Of a stretch of 64,000 nt of DNA, positions 37,501 through 51,406 are shown piece by piece. The notes under the pieces are model-generated. The model had not been told where the DNA came from, did not search any database, and worked only from the letters and a program-made list of their open reading frames with translations. The DNA is from Octopus vulgaris (taxonomy: Eukaryota), in assembly GCA_951406725.2 (NCBI GenBank), contig OX597832.1, positions 3,100,001 to 3,164,000 of the forward strand. Direction: 5' to 3'. A program made the translations under genes and the position numbers. Numbering within the stretch: position 1 is the first letter of the stretch; every line of letters starts with the position of its first letter.

Positions 37501-40262
37501 ATATACATATATATATATACATACACATACACATATGTACGTATACATATATATACATATCAGAATTTTAGGTTAAAGCGAAATTACGAAGGTGGTATTG
37601 TTCTAATATAATGCCTATGAAAGATAAGTTATTACAAATTTATTACAAAAAGTATATAATATTTCATGTAACTGTTTAATTAGGGGAATCATTTATATAT
37701 TTACTAAATCATCTGGGTGATATATGGTTAAAAATACACGATACACAGTACCAGTTTGATACAATAACAAGATAATACAGCAGCAATAAGAACGTTAAAA
37801 TCCAACAATAAATATTCCAAATGAACAAACCAACCGATACTTTGCAACTTCACTACGAAATAACATGAACTTCTACAAACCATATATACTCTCTCGGTTC
37901 AGACCATTCCTCACAAGAGGGTATCTTGACTCTCATCACAACACTGAGATTGTAAGAGATGACTTGTGGTAACTAACTCTGGTCTTGAAGGAGTATCCTG
38001 TTCCACTGACATATTTCCATTTTTTTATTCTTACGGTTCTGTTACTGCTGTCATTGCTGTTGTTACTGCTGGAAATCACCTCTGCCTGGTGCTGGCATTT
38101 ATATGAACAATGTAGACAAAAGACAAATATCAAATACCATAATACATAAATTCCTTATTTATTAAAATTATTTTCAATTGTAGAAGTATCATAATTACCA
38201 AATGGTAATCGATTAGTACATTCAATATTCAAATATACCAGAACTTTTTAAGAATAAAGTTATTATTTTGTGTACAGGAAGATTTATCATCATTTAAGAG
38301 GTACCAGCACAGATCAAGAAACTATTTCTGGTCTCTCTGCTGTCATTACACACTACAATTTCACTCTGTTGTCTACACACCTTGGTTTACTGAGTATTCT
38401 TTGCATTCACATTTACCGTATACAAAGTACACGCCTCTGGTGCTGGTACAATGACAGAGAGCACTCACTTCATGTTCCATCGAGAACAAACTGTTTGACA
38501 TAGAGCTGGCGTGCAGGGAGCTGCCCAGACTACACTTGTCTGTTGTGGCATGGTTTCTATGACTGAATGCCCTCCCTAATGCTAACTACAGTCATTGTTA
38601 TAATTTAATATCTGTCTTCCATGCTAGTGTGAGTTGGATGGTTTTGATCAGTTCTCACAAACTGGAGGTCTGCACTGAGTTCCAATGTCTGCTTTGGCAC
38701 AGTTTCTATGGCTAGATACCATTCTTAAAGCCAATCACTTTACAGAGAGTACTGAGAGCTTTTTTTTTTCATGACACAAAACAAAGAAAAAGCTCCCTCA
38801 ACTGAGAGGAAGATGGTTTAAGATTGATGATGAGAAGCTAAAGTATGGTAGAAGGATGGGCATGGGTGTTCTGCTATAAAGTAGATACATAGCTGCCCTA
38901 TATTATTAAAGGATGGGTAAGAGTAGCTTGTGTTGTGGTTGATGATAAATATCAGTATGGAGGGAAAGCTATACCGCAAATTTCATGCTGTAAAGACAAC
39001 TTCCTATTGCCTACTATCATATAACATTTTTAATGGAAATCATGCACTAATAATTATGACATCATGGTGATGTTTTTTGACTTGTTGGGTCTGGAGAAAG
39101 GGACAGTGCCTTTGACCTTTGCAGTCCCTCTTAAATCAGTGAGAGATGCCCTTTAGTATTCCTTAGTGTTTGTCTTGAATCTCTGTAAGTTAATAACTGT
39201 GGGTAAAGACATGAGAAAGGAGAGAATTGCTGATAGCTAATATTCTGCTTAGTGATTAGTAAAAGGTTTAGTGGGGCTGAAAACATGAATGTTAAGAGAA
39301 GGAGAGATGAATAGGTCAAGAATGCCTGAGTGGTGGGGTGATGAATCATGTTAGATCAATGAAGCAGAGGCCATTATAGTTGACGTAGAAAAAGTTGAGA
39401 AAGGAGACCGCATAGCTGTGGCTAGAGGCTAGAGAATGTCTATGAGTGACTTTATATCAATCAGTTCAATGGCTCTTTTCTGGAATGATAGAAACATCAA
39501 CTTTGAACCATGAAGTCATAATTATGACACATCTCAACAATTATGTCATTGTTATAATAGAAATCTTTTGCACTAATGTCCTCAATAACAACTATGATGA
39601 TGACAATGTTAACAATGACAATGAGGACAATGAAATGATACCAAAGATAATGACAATGGTGGTGGTGGTGGCAATGATCACGACCATGACAATGACAAAC
39701 CATTTCTGGTCTCTCTGCAATTCTCCTCCTTTGGCTACACACCTTGGTTTACTGAGTATTCATTCTCTTCATTCACATTTACTGTATGCATAGTACACAC
39801 CTCTGGTGCTGGTACAATGACAGAGTTCTCCCTCTCCGTGTTCCATTGAGAACAAGCTCTCCCTTTTTATCTCTCATTCCTTTCAATATGAAATATATTT
39901 GAAAAAATACACGTGTATTTTTTCAAATGTATTTTTAATTATTTAATTATACATACATACACACTCACACGCATGCATACATACACACACACACCTATTA
40001 TCTTTTATATGCATGTTTGTATGTGTGAATGTATGTATATGTATACATATGTACACATATACACACATATATATATACATACACACATAAATGCATATAT
40101 ACACATATATATGTGTGTGTGTGTATATATATACATATATATATGTGTATATATATATATACACACATAAATGCATATGTAAATATATGTATATATATAC
40201 ACACATAAATGCATATATACACATATATGTGTGTGTGTGTATATATATACATATATATATAT

Positions 40263-41312
40263 ATGCCACACAAAAGGCTTATGGTGAAACTCTCTGCAAT
40301 GGGTGTGAGGGATGACCTTTTTAACTGGTTGAAATCCTTCATTCTCAACCGAAAGGAGGTAGTCACAGTTCTAGGACAGCATTCTACACCATATGAGATG
40401 TCATCGGGTGTACCACAGGGATCTGTCCTTGGTCCCCTCTTGTTTGTGGCATACATTAATGACATAGATGCAAATTTAAAGAATGCCACAGTATTAAAAT
40501 ATGCAGACGACATCAAGCTGTACCTTGAAATCAAGAGGACAGATCCTGTTGTCTACAGCTCTTTCCTGCAATCAGACCTGGACACAATGCAGCAATGGAT
40601 CACAGACTGGCAACTGAAACTGGCTGTGGACAAGTGTACCACCATGCATTTTGGGAGAAAAAACCCTGCGTCCACATACTCCCTCCACAACACTGATATC
40701 AAGAAATCCTTATGCGAGCGTGACCTAGGCATCACTGTCAGCAGTGATTTGCGTTGGACAAAGTATATCTCTAAAATTGTCAAGAAGGCCGAGAGTGTCT
40801 TGGCATCACTCAGCAAGACTTTTGTTAGCCGCTCTCCAGCCATCTATTTAAAACTGTATACAGCTATGGTACGACCACACTTGGAATTCGCATCATCAGT
40901 TTGGAACCCCTATCTTGCTCAGAACATTGACCTCCTGGAATCTGTTCAGAGACGTGCAACCAAACGCATACCCTCCATCAGACACCTACCATATTCTGAG
41001 CGCCTTGTTTCCCTGGGCATGGATTCACTGAAGCTCCGGCGTCTGGCGACGGACTTGGTAAACGCCCACAAAGTTGTCAACCACCTCACCAATAACAACA
41101 CTGAACACCTTTTTGATCTCCATGTGTCTAACACACGTGGACATGCCTACAAAGTCAGAAAACTACACAGCTCCCATGACTTTCGGAAACATTTCTTCAC
41201 GCTTAGAGTTGCTGAAGCATGGAATAAACTGCCTGCGTCAGTTGTTGACTGCCATGACACTGCATCCTTTAAGGCCCTCATGCTTTCCGAAATCTGTCGA
41301 AACTACACCTGA
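40263..41312 (+). CDS. Reverse transcriptase, C-terminal fragment (CR1/L2-type ORF2)
   Basis: GVPQGSVLGPLLF, YADD, ERDLG, VRPHLE, VQRRATK and FF..RV...WNKLP motifs. Confidence 0.85.
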   Translation: MPHKRLMVKLSAMGVRDDLFNWLKSFILNRKEVVTVLGQHSTPYEMSSGVPQGSVLGPLLFVAYINDIDANLKNATVLKYADDIKLYLEIKRTDPVVYSSFLQSDLDTMQQWITDWQLKLAVDKCTTMHFGRKNPASTYSLHNTDIKKSLCERDLGITVSSDLRWTKYISKIVKKAESVLASLSKTFVSRSPAIYLKLYTAMVRPHLEFASSVWNPYLAQNIDLLESVQRRATKRIPSIRHLPYSERLVSLGMDSLKLRRLATDLVNAHKVVNHLTNNNTEHLFDLHVSNTRGHAYKVRKLHSSHDFRKHFFTLRVAEAWNKLPASVVDCHDTASFKALMLSEICRNYT

Positions 41313-41378
41313 TTATATATGCACTTTAGATGAGTTGTAGTGCACCTGAGCACTGTACACAATGTTTATTATTATTAT
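40263..41378 (+). mobile_element. 5'-truncated CR1/L2-group LINE
   Basis: Uninterrupted RT C-terminal half, short 3' UTR and (TAT)n tail; inserted in a microsatellite. Confidence 0.9.
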
Positions 41379-41457
41379 ATGTATATATATATACACACAT
41401 AAATGCATACATACATATATATATGTGTGTATGTATATATATATACATATATATATA

Positions 41458-41845
41458 CTAGCAGTATCGCCCAGCGTTGCTCAGGTTTGTTTCGACCCGC
41501 TGGAATTGGAATTTTTGAAAAGTAAAAATTTTGCATTATGTAGCTTGTTATTCTCTTCAAGTGAACATTTTTCTGGTTGAAATACACTGAAAAGTGGCGA
41601 CACAGCAGTGAAAAAATCGTAAAAAATAGGGATTTTCATAGAAAAAAGCACCTTTTTTATGTAAATAATTTTTGCTGTTAACATGGTCCGATTTGAATTT
41701 TATCTTCTACGGAAGGAAGAGTAACCCTTCTATTATACTCTCAATTTTAGTCAACTTGCACCACAGGGTCTCGGAGGAGATAGTATTAGTTGAAGGCTAC
41801 CAAACCTGGCGCACACAGACAACTTCAGCTTTATATAGAGAGAGA
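41458..41845 (-). mobile_element. Non-autonomous Helitron
   Basis: Minus strand 5' TC...; 3' subterminal hairpin + CTAG; inserted between A and T. Confidence 0.7.
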
Positions 41846-43896
41846 TAACACACATTAATACACATACATCTATGTATGTATGGATGTATGTATGTATATA
41901 TGTACATCTGTCCACTTCTTGCCATATTTTTATCCTTCACTTCCTACACACACCCACACACACACACTCTCACACACACAGACACACACACACACTCACA
42001 CACACACACGCACGCACACACACCTTCTTAGCTTACAATTATGGGCGTATCACGTGTGATGACATATAATATATTCTCCAATGAATGTAAATTCTGAGAA
42101 AGGCAGTTCCGGGAAACTTTACTTTCACTTTTAACACATTATCACGCTTTAGAACCATAGACCTCGTCATTCTGCCGTTTTGGAATGTGTCCACCAAGTG
42201 CGGATTTACAGGTATTCAAATTTTTGTTAATGGTCTAAGAAAACGTTTTTTACTTAGATATAATTCGTTCAGTATTATTTATTGTACTTATTGACATTTA
42301 CCTGTCAACAGTTGTGAGATTGTTTCCTTTGTTAGAAGTTTATATTTTAAAAGTAATTTCTAGGTAACTGTTCCACTTTTCTTTTAGTAACAAAACCGCG
42401 TAGCTATTAATTACTACCAGATTGTTAAATCGCCATAATTTAGATAAATTCAGTATAAAAATTTAAACATAAAAATAGATTCTTGAAATGTTTTCAAGTG
42501 TTTTCATTTTGAAGTTACTGTTGCAACCAGAGTAAAAGATGATATTTCGCACCAATCTTACGCGATGAATTACAAGTATTAGATATCAATTTTTCGATCA
42601 GTATTGACGTGTTTATGTTCTCCAAAATAAATTACATTTATGTAGATATCGGCTAAAGTGAAACTTGCTCAATTTTTCGCTAAACATATAAACATATATA
42701 TGTACACATACATTCATAATTAGACATAGGTGATATCTCGAACGTTGAACGTAACTGATGGGGGACTAAGTGAAATAAGCTGTATTTAAGAAAAGAGGCG
42801 GGTAAACGAATGTTAAAGTATAGTGTTAAATGCGTTTTATTTTTTCGTCTGATTCTTTTTCATGGCGATCTCGGAGTTGACATTAGTTTCACTTTCGTGG
42901 AAATGAAACATTGTACATTATTTAGGTAAAACTACCGAGGGTACATTTTTTACTTTTGTCGCTTTTATGTGTCATTTTTCTTCATTTAAAGATATGAAAA
43001 AAAAGGAACTTGTATTTTATGAGATTGAATCGTTAAGCAAAATGATGTTATTGATATAGATTATCCGTGGTTTGTGTTATATTCATTCTTCTATCTTTTA
43101 TTAATTTCTTGTTGGGCGGGTGCAAACACCCCTACCCACCTTTTTTTTTTTTTTTGCAAAAATTTCTCCAGATTCTTGTTTTCCATATCAAAGATTACGA
43201 TCTCAAGATCCAAATTTTGCGTGTCATCAAGAAATTACCGAAATTTATAAAGAGTGAGGGGAAAAAAAGGCTTCATCTAAGCAAACAGCTATAGACTTGT
43301 TTTTTAAAAGAAGTCTACAAGTCGTCTACGAATGCTTGTGAAACGACTATCGCGTCTTCAAGTGATGGTGTGCGCGAGGCTAATGTGAGTGAAAGTGATT
43401 CAGATAACGAGTATGATAATAATATTTTTTTTATTATAAATGATCTTGACATTCTTTTTACTTTACATAAGATATTCTCTATATTCTACTGTTGTCATAT
43501 TGCCATTTCTTAGAGTATTATAAATTTTATAGATAAAATATTTTTCTGGGAACGAATTACGAATTGCTACTATGGGAACTTATTCCTTATAACTTTCAGA
43601 AAAGTGGATATTTTAAATGAAATTCTCTACAGATACGCTTCAAATTGTGTACATAACGATTACCATTATATTGGAAAGCCAACGTTCACACGAGTCGGTT
43701 TGTTTCCCTATAACCTAAAGAAAAACAAATACTTTTTAACGAAATTTTCTACAAATACTTTTCAGAGTGTGTTGATTGTTACAACTATATCGGAATTTAG
43801 GCGAAGTTTCGCATGTCGTAGATCAGATTTCCGTCGATTTCCGTAAAAAACTTTTATTTTTTTACATAAGTAATGAGAGCGAAAGAGACTAAGAGG

Positions 43897-44442
43897 AAGC
43901 GATTTTACGACGAGAAGGTTTCACTTTGAAGTCGGCCTGTGTGTGTTTGATGGGGTGTGGGAGACAGACAGTATGTTGTGTAAGTGAAGTGCTTCTGTTA
44001 GTGTGTGTGAAGAGACAGAGAGAGTAATGTGTGAAAGAGAGAGATAACTGATTTTTTACTCGGTGTATGTGTATAAGTATGTATGCATGTATGTGTGTGT
44101 GTGTGTATGTATCTATGTATGTGTGTGTGTGTAAGTATGTGTGTGTGTATGTATGTATGTGTGTGTGTGTATGTATCTATGTGTGTGTGTGTGTGTAAGT
44201 ATGTGTGTGTGTATGTATGTATGTGTGTGTGTGTATGTATCTATGTATGTGTGTGTGTGTATGTATGTATGTATGGCCGATTCATAGTAATTTTTTACTC
44301 GGTGTATGTGTATATGTATGTCTGTCTCTTCACACACACTAACAGAAGCACTTCACTTACACAACATACTGTCTGTCTCCCACACCCCATCAAACACACA
44401 CAGGCCGATTTCAAAGTGAAACCTTCTCGTCGTAAAATCGCT
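43897..44442. repeat. Inverted repeat (~135-bp arms) around a microsatellite
   Basis: 43897-44030 is the reverse complement of ~44320-44442; same family as the TIRs at 47859/51239. Confidence 0.8.
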
Positions 44443-44739
44443 GGAATTTAATATGAATAAATGGGCGCACACACAAATATACACACATTATAACTTTGAA
44501 GTGTTTGTGTCTATGCTCGCCACTTTTTTCTTTTCATTCAAAATTCCGGTATAATGTATACCATGTGAAAGAAACTTGTAGAATCTTTCATTAAAAAAGT
44601 ATCCAATTTTTTCTGAAAGTTATGTGGAATATGCTTAATCATATATATACATATATCTGTACATGTATAGGTTAACATGCAGTTTATCGTCTTAAAACAT
44701 TCAAAAGTAAATTGTCCTCAAAAAATGAAAGTATACTTC

Positions 44740-44855
44740 TATTCTAGGCACAAGGCCCGAAATTTGGGGGGAGGGGTCCAGTCGATTAGATCGACTCCAG
44801 TACGCAACTGGTACTTAATTTATCGACCCCGAAAGGACGAAGGCAAAGTCGACCT
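44740..44855 (-). mobile_element. Family C SINE, 3' half
   Basis: Reverse complement of 27060-27165. Confidence 0.7.
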
Positions 44856-46004
44856 CAAAATGAAAGTATCGTATTTGATGGCCTAAGACACACTTTTTTC
44901 TTTTTTTTTCTTTAATCCCCAAATAGTTTTTAAAATACCCGAGTCCAATGCACTCAAAGAAGGCTCAAAACTCGTGACAGTTGACCGAAATTATACATCA
45001 GAGGTCATGTAGACGTAGTCGAGTAGCCTCGCCTACGATAATAGCATAAAGTTATACAGTTAAGTGGAGGAATTAAAACATTATTGTAGTGGTAATTTAT
45101 TTTACAAAAGTATAGCCTAGTCTAGGGTGTGTCCTATGCACTCGTGCGTCATACAGGCCATCAAATACGGTATATATAATGATAGTGATATACCAAAATG
45201 TCACGAAGTACGTTTGATATTCGATGCGTGGGCTTCCTATGCAGGTTTCGGCAACTTCTATACTCGTAAGTTGTCAACCGTTCATTTAATTTTGTTGATC
45301 CAAACGATAGCACCCACATACCGACTATAGGAGGGTGATGGATGCTCGCCAATAATAAAATTAGGCAACAATTTGGGAATAGCGATGATTTATTTACATC
45401 ATATCTTTATGAGCATTTGTGACAGGTGAAAAGGTTAAAAAGTAGTCACCAGGATGAATACGACGCTCATATTAACAGGACTGGTGGAGCAATTGGCTGC
45501 GACATTCTACTTTCTGGTTTGGTGTTGGCAGAAAATGAAAATCTGTCAAATATGACCCAGTATACCTCACAAAATTTCTTCGGATTTCTGTTTTCGATAT
45601 AGGAGAATACGATTTTGCCCCCAAAATCACGTTTTCCAAAATTTTAATTTTCCCGCTCCCCACGCCAATTTCTTAATTTTCAACTTATTAAATTTTCTTT
45701 AATCGACATACAGACATTACGAATTTGGGATTTTTTTTTTTTTTTAGTTTTAATTTTTCTTAAAAGAAACATTCAATGCATGTTTCCTCCCGTCCCCGCT
45801 TTCAAGAAGCTAGTGACACCGAATGTTTCACTTTTATTTGATGTTTTACACATGCGTAGAATGCTACTGAAATAGCAGACGTCAAAAATATCCGACCACC
45901 ACCAGAAAACCCGACATGCTAGAAACAACAGCTAAACGACATTATTTCTGAAAAAACTTGCCCGCTCTCAAAAAAACTAAAAGCGAAACATTCGGAGATT
46001 TTAG

Positions 46005-46665
46005 GGATCTTTTCCCTTTCAACGGCAGATTGAGAAATTAATTTTTTGTAACTGAACACTTTAAAACTTCAGATACTGGGAGAATGTGTCATATAAAGTA
46101 TCTTTTACTCTTAGTGTTGTTGAGAAAAGTTTATATTTTCAAAGTTATTTCGTGTTAAAATTGTCGTATTTCGGTAATTTCAATCAATCAATGACGTGTA
46201 TTCAGCTGACTAAAATTACTGATGTTGTTTGTCAACAACTTCCGGATTATACTCGAAGATTTACAGTATACACCGCCGATAGTTGTTGACAAACAACGAC
46301 AGTAATTTTAGTCGGCTGAATACACATCATTGATTGGTTGAAATTACCGAAATACGACAACTTTAACACGAAATAACTTTAAAAATATAAACTTTTCTCA
46401 ACAACACTAAGAGTAAAAGATACTTTTATATGACACATTCTACCAGTATCTGAAGTTTTAAAATGTTCAGTTACAAAAAATGAATTTCTCAATCTGCCGT
46501 TGAAAGGGAAAAGACAACTTTAACATGAAATAACTTTGAAAATATAAACTTTTCTCAGCAACACTAAGAGTAAAAGATGTTTTATATGACACATTCTACC
46601 AGTGTCTGAAGTTTAAAAGTGTTTAGTTATGAAAAATTAATTTCTCGATCTGCCGTTGAAAGAAA
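46005..46665. mobile_element. Foldback MITE (family of 31957-32671) with partial duplication of the right arm
   Basis: ~235-bp arms at 46005-46240 and 46281-46515 with a ~40-bp spacer; 46513-46665 repeats the right-arm end. Confidence 0.85.
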
Positions 46666-48624
46666 GACTTCCTCCCGTTCCCCCATTTTCTTTTTTTTTT
46701 TTCGGATACCGAGATTCCGGAAAATTGCCGAAAATCGGCATTTGGAAAATTTCTCCCCCTCCCTCCAATTTCTTCATTTTTCACTTTTTCCGTAACCCTA
46801 ATCTTAACCCTTAAACACTAACCGTAACTACAAAAGTTTTGGGAAGTTTCTTTTCAGAATCATAATCTCCGTATTATTCTGCATATTTAAAAAAAAAAAA
46901 CCTGAAAAAATTTTTAAATGAAGAAATTAGAGGGAGTAATTTCAAAATGCCGATTTTTGCCAATTTTTTTGCAGATTCGTATTCTCCGTAACCGAAAACG
47001 GGGGTTTGTGTAGAAAGAAAAATAAATTTTAAAAAAGGGGTGTTTTTTTGGGGAAAACAAAAGTAAGTCTTGCCGTGATAGGCGGAGGTTGGGGAAGGGA
47101 ATTTGAGTGTTACTTTAAGAAAATTTTTTTTTTAAATCTTAAAGATTCGTAATCTCTGTATTTTTTTTGTACGTGGATTACAAAAAGAAAAGAAAAAAAT
47201 TTCGAAAAAAATAAAAATTAAAAAATTGGGGTGGGGAAGTGGAAATTATAATTTTGAAAACGTGTTTTGGGGCGTTAAAATCCTAATCTCCTATATCGAT
47301 AAAAGGAATCCGAAGAAATTTTGGAAAAAAAAGTGGGGGCGCACGTATCATCTCCGAAATGCTAGAAACAACAGCGATGCGACACGATTTCTGAAAAGCT
47401 TCCTTTTTAAGTTTATATCGAAGATCAGGTTTTTATATACGCTCATTACACCCAGGAAGCTTTTTCAGCAGTCGTGCCATTTAACTGTTGTTTCTAGCAT
47501 GTCGGAAGTGATACTTGTGCCCCACATTTTTTTCCAAAATTACAAAATAAAAATGTTTTTTTATTTTAAGAATTTTCACAATTTTTTCGTTTCTGTCTTC
47601 TGCATAATGGAATGAATACGATTATCCAATAAAATAGTTTTTTAAAGTTCCCCTGCCTTCACCCCAATTCAAAAACTTTCTACTGTTTTTCGATTAAAAT
47701 AATTTTTTTTGGTTTTAAAATATGGACACTGATTCTGCCATTCGTTTCTCTTTATAATTTCCAAATAATTTAAAAATACTTCTAAATCAAAATTGCTGCG
47801 TGTTTGTGTAAGAGAAAATCATTTGCTAACAGAAAATTGTTAATAAGATAAATTATCTGGCAATCTTTCGTCTCTAGTAGACCTTTCCGTCGATTTCCGT
47901 AAAAAAAAATTTTTTTTACATATGGGCTTGCGGGAACTTTTGAAGTAATGAGAGCGAAAGAGGCTAAGAGAAAGCGATTGTATGACGAGGGAAGTTCTTT
48001 TGAAGTTACCGTCCAGGGGAAGCATTGATGTACATGTGTGTGTGTGTGTTTGATGGGGTGTGGGAGACAGAAAGTATGTTGTGTAAGTGAAGTGCTCCTG
48101 TTAGTGTGTGTGAAGAGATAGAGTAATGTGTGAAAGAAAGAGATAACTGAAATTTTTTACTCGGTGTATGTGTATATGTATGTATATTACTTCAAAAGTT
48201 CCCGCAAGCCCATACGTAAAAAAAAAAAATCTTTTGAAGTCGGCGTGAAAGCGAAAGAGACAGAGAGCGCGATTGTATGAGCGAAGTGCTTTTGAAGTTG
48301 GCGTGAAGCGGAAGAATTGATGTATGTGCGTGTGTGAGTGAGTGTGTGTACATGTGTGTGCGTGTGTATGTGCGCGCGTGTGTATCTGTGTGTTTGATGG
48401 GGTTTGCGAGACAAAGTGTTTTTGTTAGTGTTTGTGAAGAGACAGAGTAATGTGTTGGTGTGTGTGTGTATGTAAGAGAGAGAAAGATAACTAATTTTTT
48501 ATTCACTTTTTGTAGTGAGTGATTGACAGAGGAAAAGCGAGAGAGAGAGGTTATGTATATATGTATGAATGGCTTCAGTGACACACACACACGCACGCAG
48601 GTTGTTATGTATGTATGTATTTAT

Positions 48625-49085
48625 GTCAGGTCACTTTCGAGTGCTACTGGTAACGTGTAACCCCGTACAACCTGTTGCATTGTCGGGTCGTCGGCGACTA
48701 AACCGGCAACCCCACCAAGCTTGCTTGGTGAGGAGGGTATTTATTGATCATCCTGCGGGATGAAAAACGAAACCCGTCAAAGGGCGGAGGAACTCTTGAG
48801 AGTCAACGGCCATCCAATAAATGTCTTAAGGCTGTATCATGCGCAGAGACATAGAAATAATCGGACTGAATACCCGATCGCGCGGTTAAACCATTGGGTG
48901 TGAAGGACTCCTAGCCTTTGTTAGGGCATCCTTCTAGGAGAAGGTAACTCAGGTAACTGGGATAATTTCGAAATAAAACCTGCGGCTCAGTGGTTACCGA
49001 TGATGTTGACTTGTTCTTCTTTTCGGATTATGGTTGCTGTTGCTTAGTGAGTGGGATTGACTCAGTGTACAGCCTTTCCTCACTA
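48625..49085 (+). mobile_element. GC-rich insert resembling an RTE-type LINE 5' UTR
   Basis: TAGGGCATCCTTCTAGGAGAAGGTAACTC motif; flanked by a ~30-bp direct repeat ATGTATGAATGGCTTCAGT(G/A)ACACACAC. Confidence 0.45.
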
Positions 49086-50104
49086 TGGATGTATGAATGG
49101 CTTCAGTAACACACACACATACGCGCACACACACGGCACGCGCTCTCTCTCTGTGTCTCTTTCGCTTTTACGCCGACTTCCAAAGATGCCCTTCCCACAC
49201 CCCACATATATAAAAAAATAATAATTTTTTTACGGAAAGCGACGATCTTCTTCAGAAACAAACAAATACACGTGCCTTAAATTTGACAATTATGGTACTC
49301 ATACCGTAATTTAGCCTAAACGACGATCTTTCGATTAGCCTAAATTTTATATAAATACCTTTCAAACAACACAGATTGCGATTATAAAAAAATTTGTGGG
49401 GAAATTTTTTCCGAGGGGGTGGGGAGAGCACTTTCGAAGAGAAAGAAACTCGTAAATCATTTTTTTGCTTGGGTGTAATGGAAAAAAGTTTGAAAATAAA
49501 AATTTTAGATTCATTTATTTTTTGTTTGAGTAATAGAAAAGCGTTTTAAAAAAGATCCAAACGGTGGAAATGTGCTAAAAACAACAGCTAAATCGCCTTT
49601 AACTTTCTTTCCTATAGTTAAACCACATTCAACACCGTATTTATGATTTTTTTTCCTCCCACCATGATACATGGGATCTTTTTTAAAACCTTTTTCTATT
49701 ACTCAGACAAAAAATAAATGAATTTAAAAATTTATTTTTTAAAACTTACGCTTTAGTTTAACCAAATAATTTATGAATTTCGTAATCAGTAATCTTTCAG
49801 TTTAGTGTGTTTAAAGAAGTAAATAAAAATGACAGGGAAGATAACAACTAGGGGTGATAATAGGCTTTCATTGTTTATTTACACCGAGATCATTTTTACT
49901 TTCGAATCGATCGAAATGGTACGTGGAAGACCAGCGGCACCTATATTCATTGTTCCCGAACCTGAAGTCCTCGACCCTGAATCAATTTTGGAGGAATTTT
50001 GGAATTTAACTCTATTAGTCGAATAACGAGACAGCTGACTTATTTATCTCCCCTTGTTATTTCGTGTTTGTTTACCTTTTTAAACACACTAAACTAAAAG
50101 ATTA

Positions 50105-50431
50105 AAAAAAGACTCCGCCGGTTACGACGACGAGGGTCCCAGCTGATACGATCAACAGAACAGCTTGCTCGTGAAATTAACGTGCAAATGGCTGAGCATT
50201 CCACAGACACGCGTACCCTTAACGTAGTTCTCGGGGATAATCAGCGTGACACAGAGAGTGACAAGGCTGACCCTTTGAAATACAAGTACAACTCATTTTT
50301 GCCAGCTGAGTGGACTGGAGCAACGTGAAATAAAGTGTCTTGCTCAAGGACACAACGCGTCGCCGGGAATCGAACTCACAACCTTACGATCATGAGCCGA
50401 ATGCCCTAACCACTAAGCCACGCGCCCTCAC
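50105..50431 (-). mobile_element. tRNA-derived SINE, family A variant
   Basis: A/B boxes TGGCTTAGTGG and GAGTTCGATTCC; 3' part shared with 583-963; 14-bp TSD AAACTAAAAGATTA. Confidence 0.9.
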
Positions 50432-51272
50432 AAACTAAAAGATTACCTCGTAATCTATGCCGTTTGAAAAGTATTGTTATAAAATTTCAGGTCTTTGCCT
50501 GTTTATGTAACGGTCTGCTATGTAGAAAATAATGAGGTTGACTCAATGGAATAATGACAGTGATCGAAGTTATAGACAAAATTTTCTTTTATTTAATCGT
50601 TATACATGCCTTGTCGACTGCTACTGTGCAGCCTTAATGTCTCTGTTGATGTGACGATGGTGAAATGGTGAGAAAAAGACGGGAGAGTTATAAAATTTGT
50701 CTATATCTTCGATCACTGTCATTATTCCATTGAGTCAACCTCATTATTTTCTACATAGCAGACCGTTACATAAACCGGCAAAGGTAATCTTTCGTTTTAA
50801 CTCGAAATAATGTAAACACTGAATCGGCCATACATACATACATACATACACACATACACACATACATACACACACACACACACACATACATAGATACATA
50901 CATACACACATACATATACACATACACCGAGTAAAAAATTTCAGTTATCCGTTATCTCTCTCTTTCACACATTACTCTCTCTGTCTCTTCACACACACTA
51001 ACAGAAGCACTTCACTTACACAACATACTTTCTGTCTCCCACACCCCATCAAACACACACACATGTACATCAATGCTTCCCCTGGACGGTAACTTCAAAA
51101 GAACTTCCCTCGTCATACAATCGCTTTCTCTTAGTCACTTAGTCACTTTCAAAAGTTCCCGCAAGCCCATATGTAAAAAAAAAAAAAGAAGTTTTTTACG
51201 GAAATCGACGGAAAGGTCTACTAGAGACGAAAGATCGCCAAAAATTGTTTATAAAATTTCAATTTTTGAACA

Positions 51273-51309
<37 letters not shown>

Positions 51310-51406
51310 GAATACTTGATAAGTGTAAGCACCTGTAGACGCCAGCTAGTGGCAGAGGTGAGAGGGTATATATAAAATAAAATCAAAAACAGAACACAAA
51401 GGCTGT

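Larger units (their letters stand above)
47859..51239. mobile_element. ~3.4-kb composite element bounded by ~320-bp inverted repeats
   Basis: GGCAATCTTTCGTCTCTAGTAGACC... / ...GGTCTACTAGAGACGAAAGATCGCC. The arms give near-identical spurious ORFs (47840-48025 on -, 51073-51306 on +). Confidence 0.75.
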
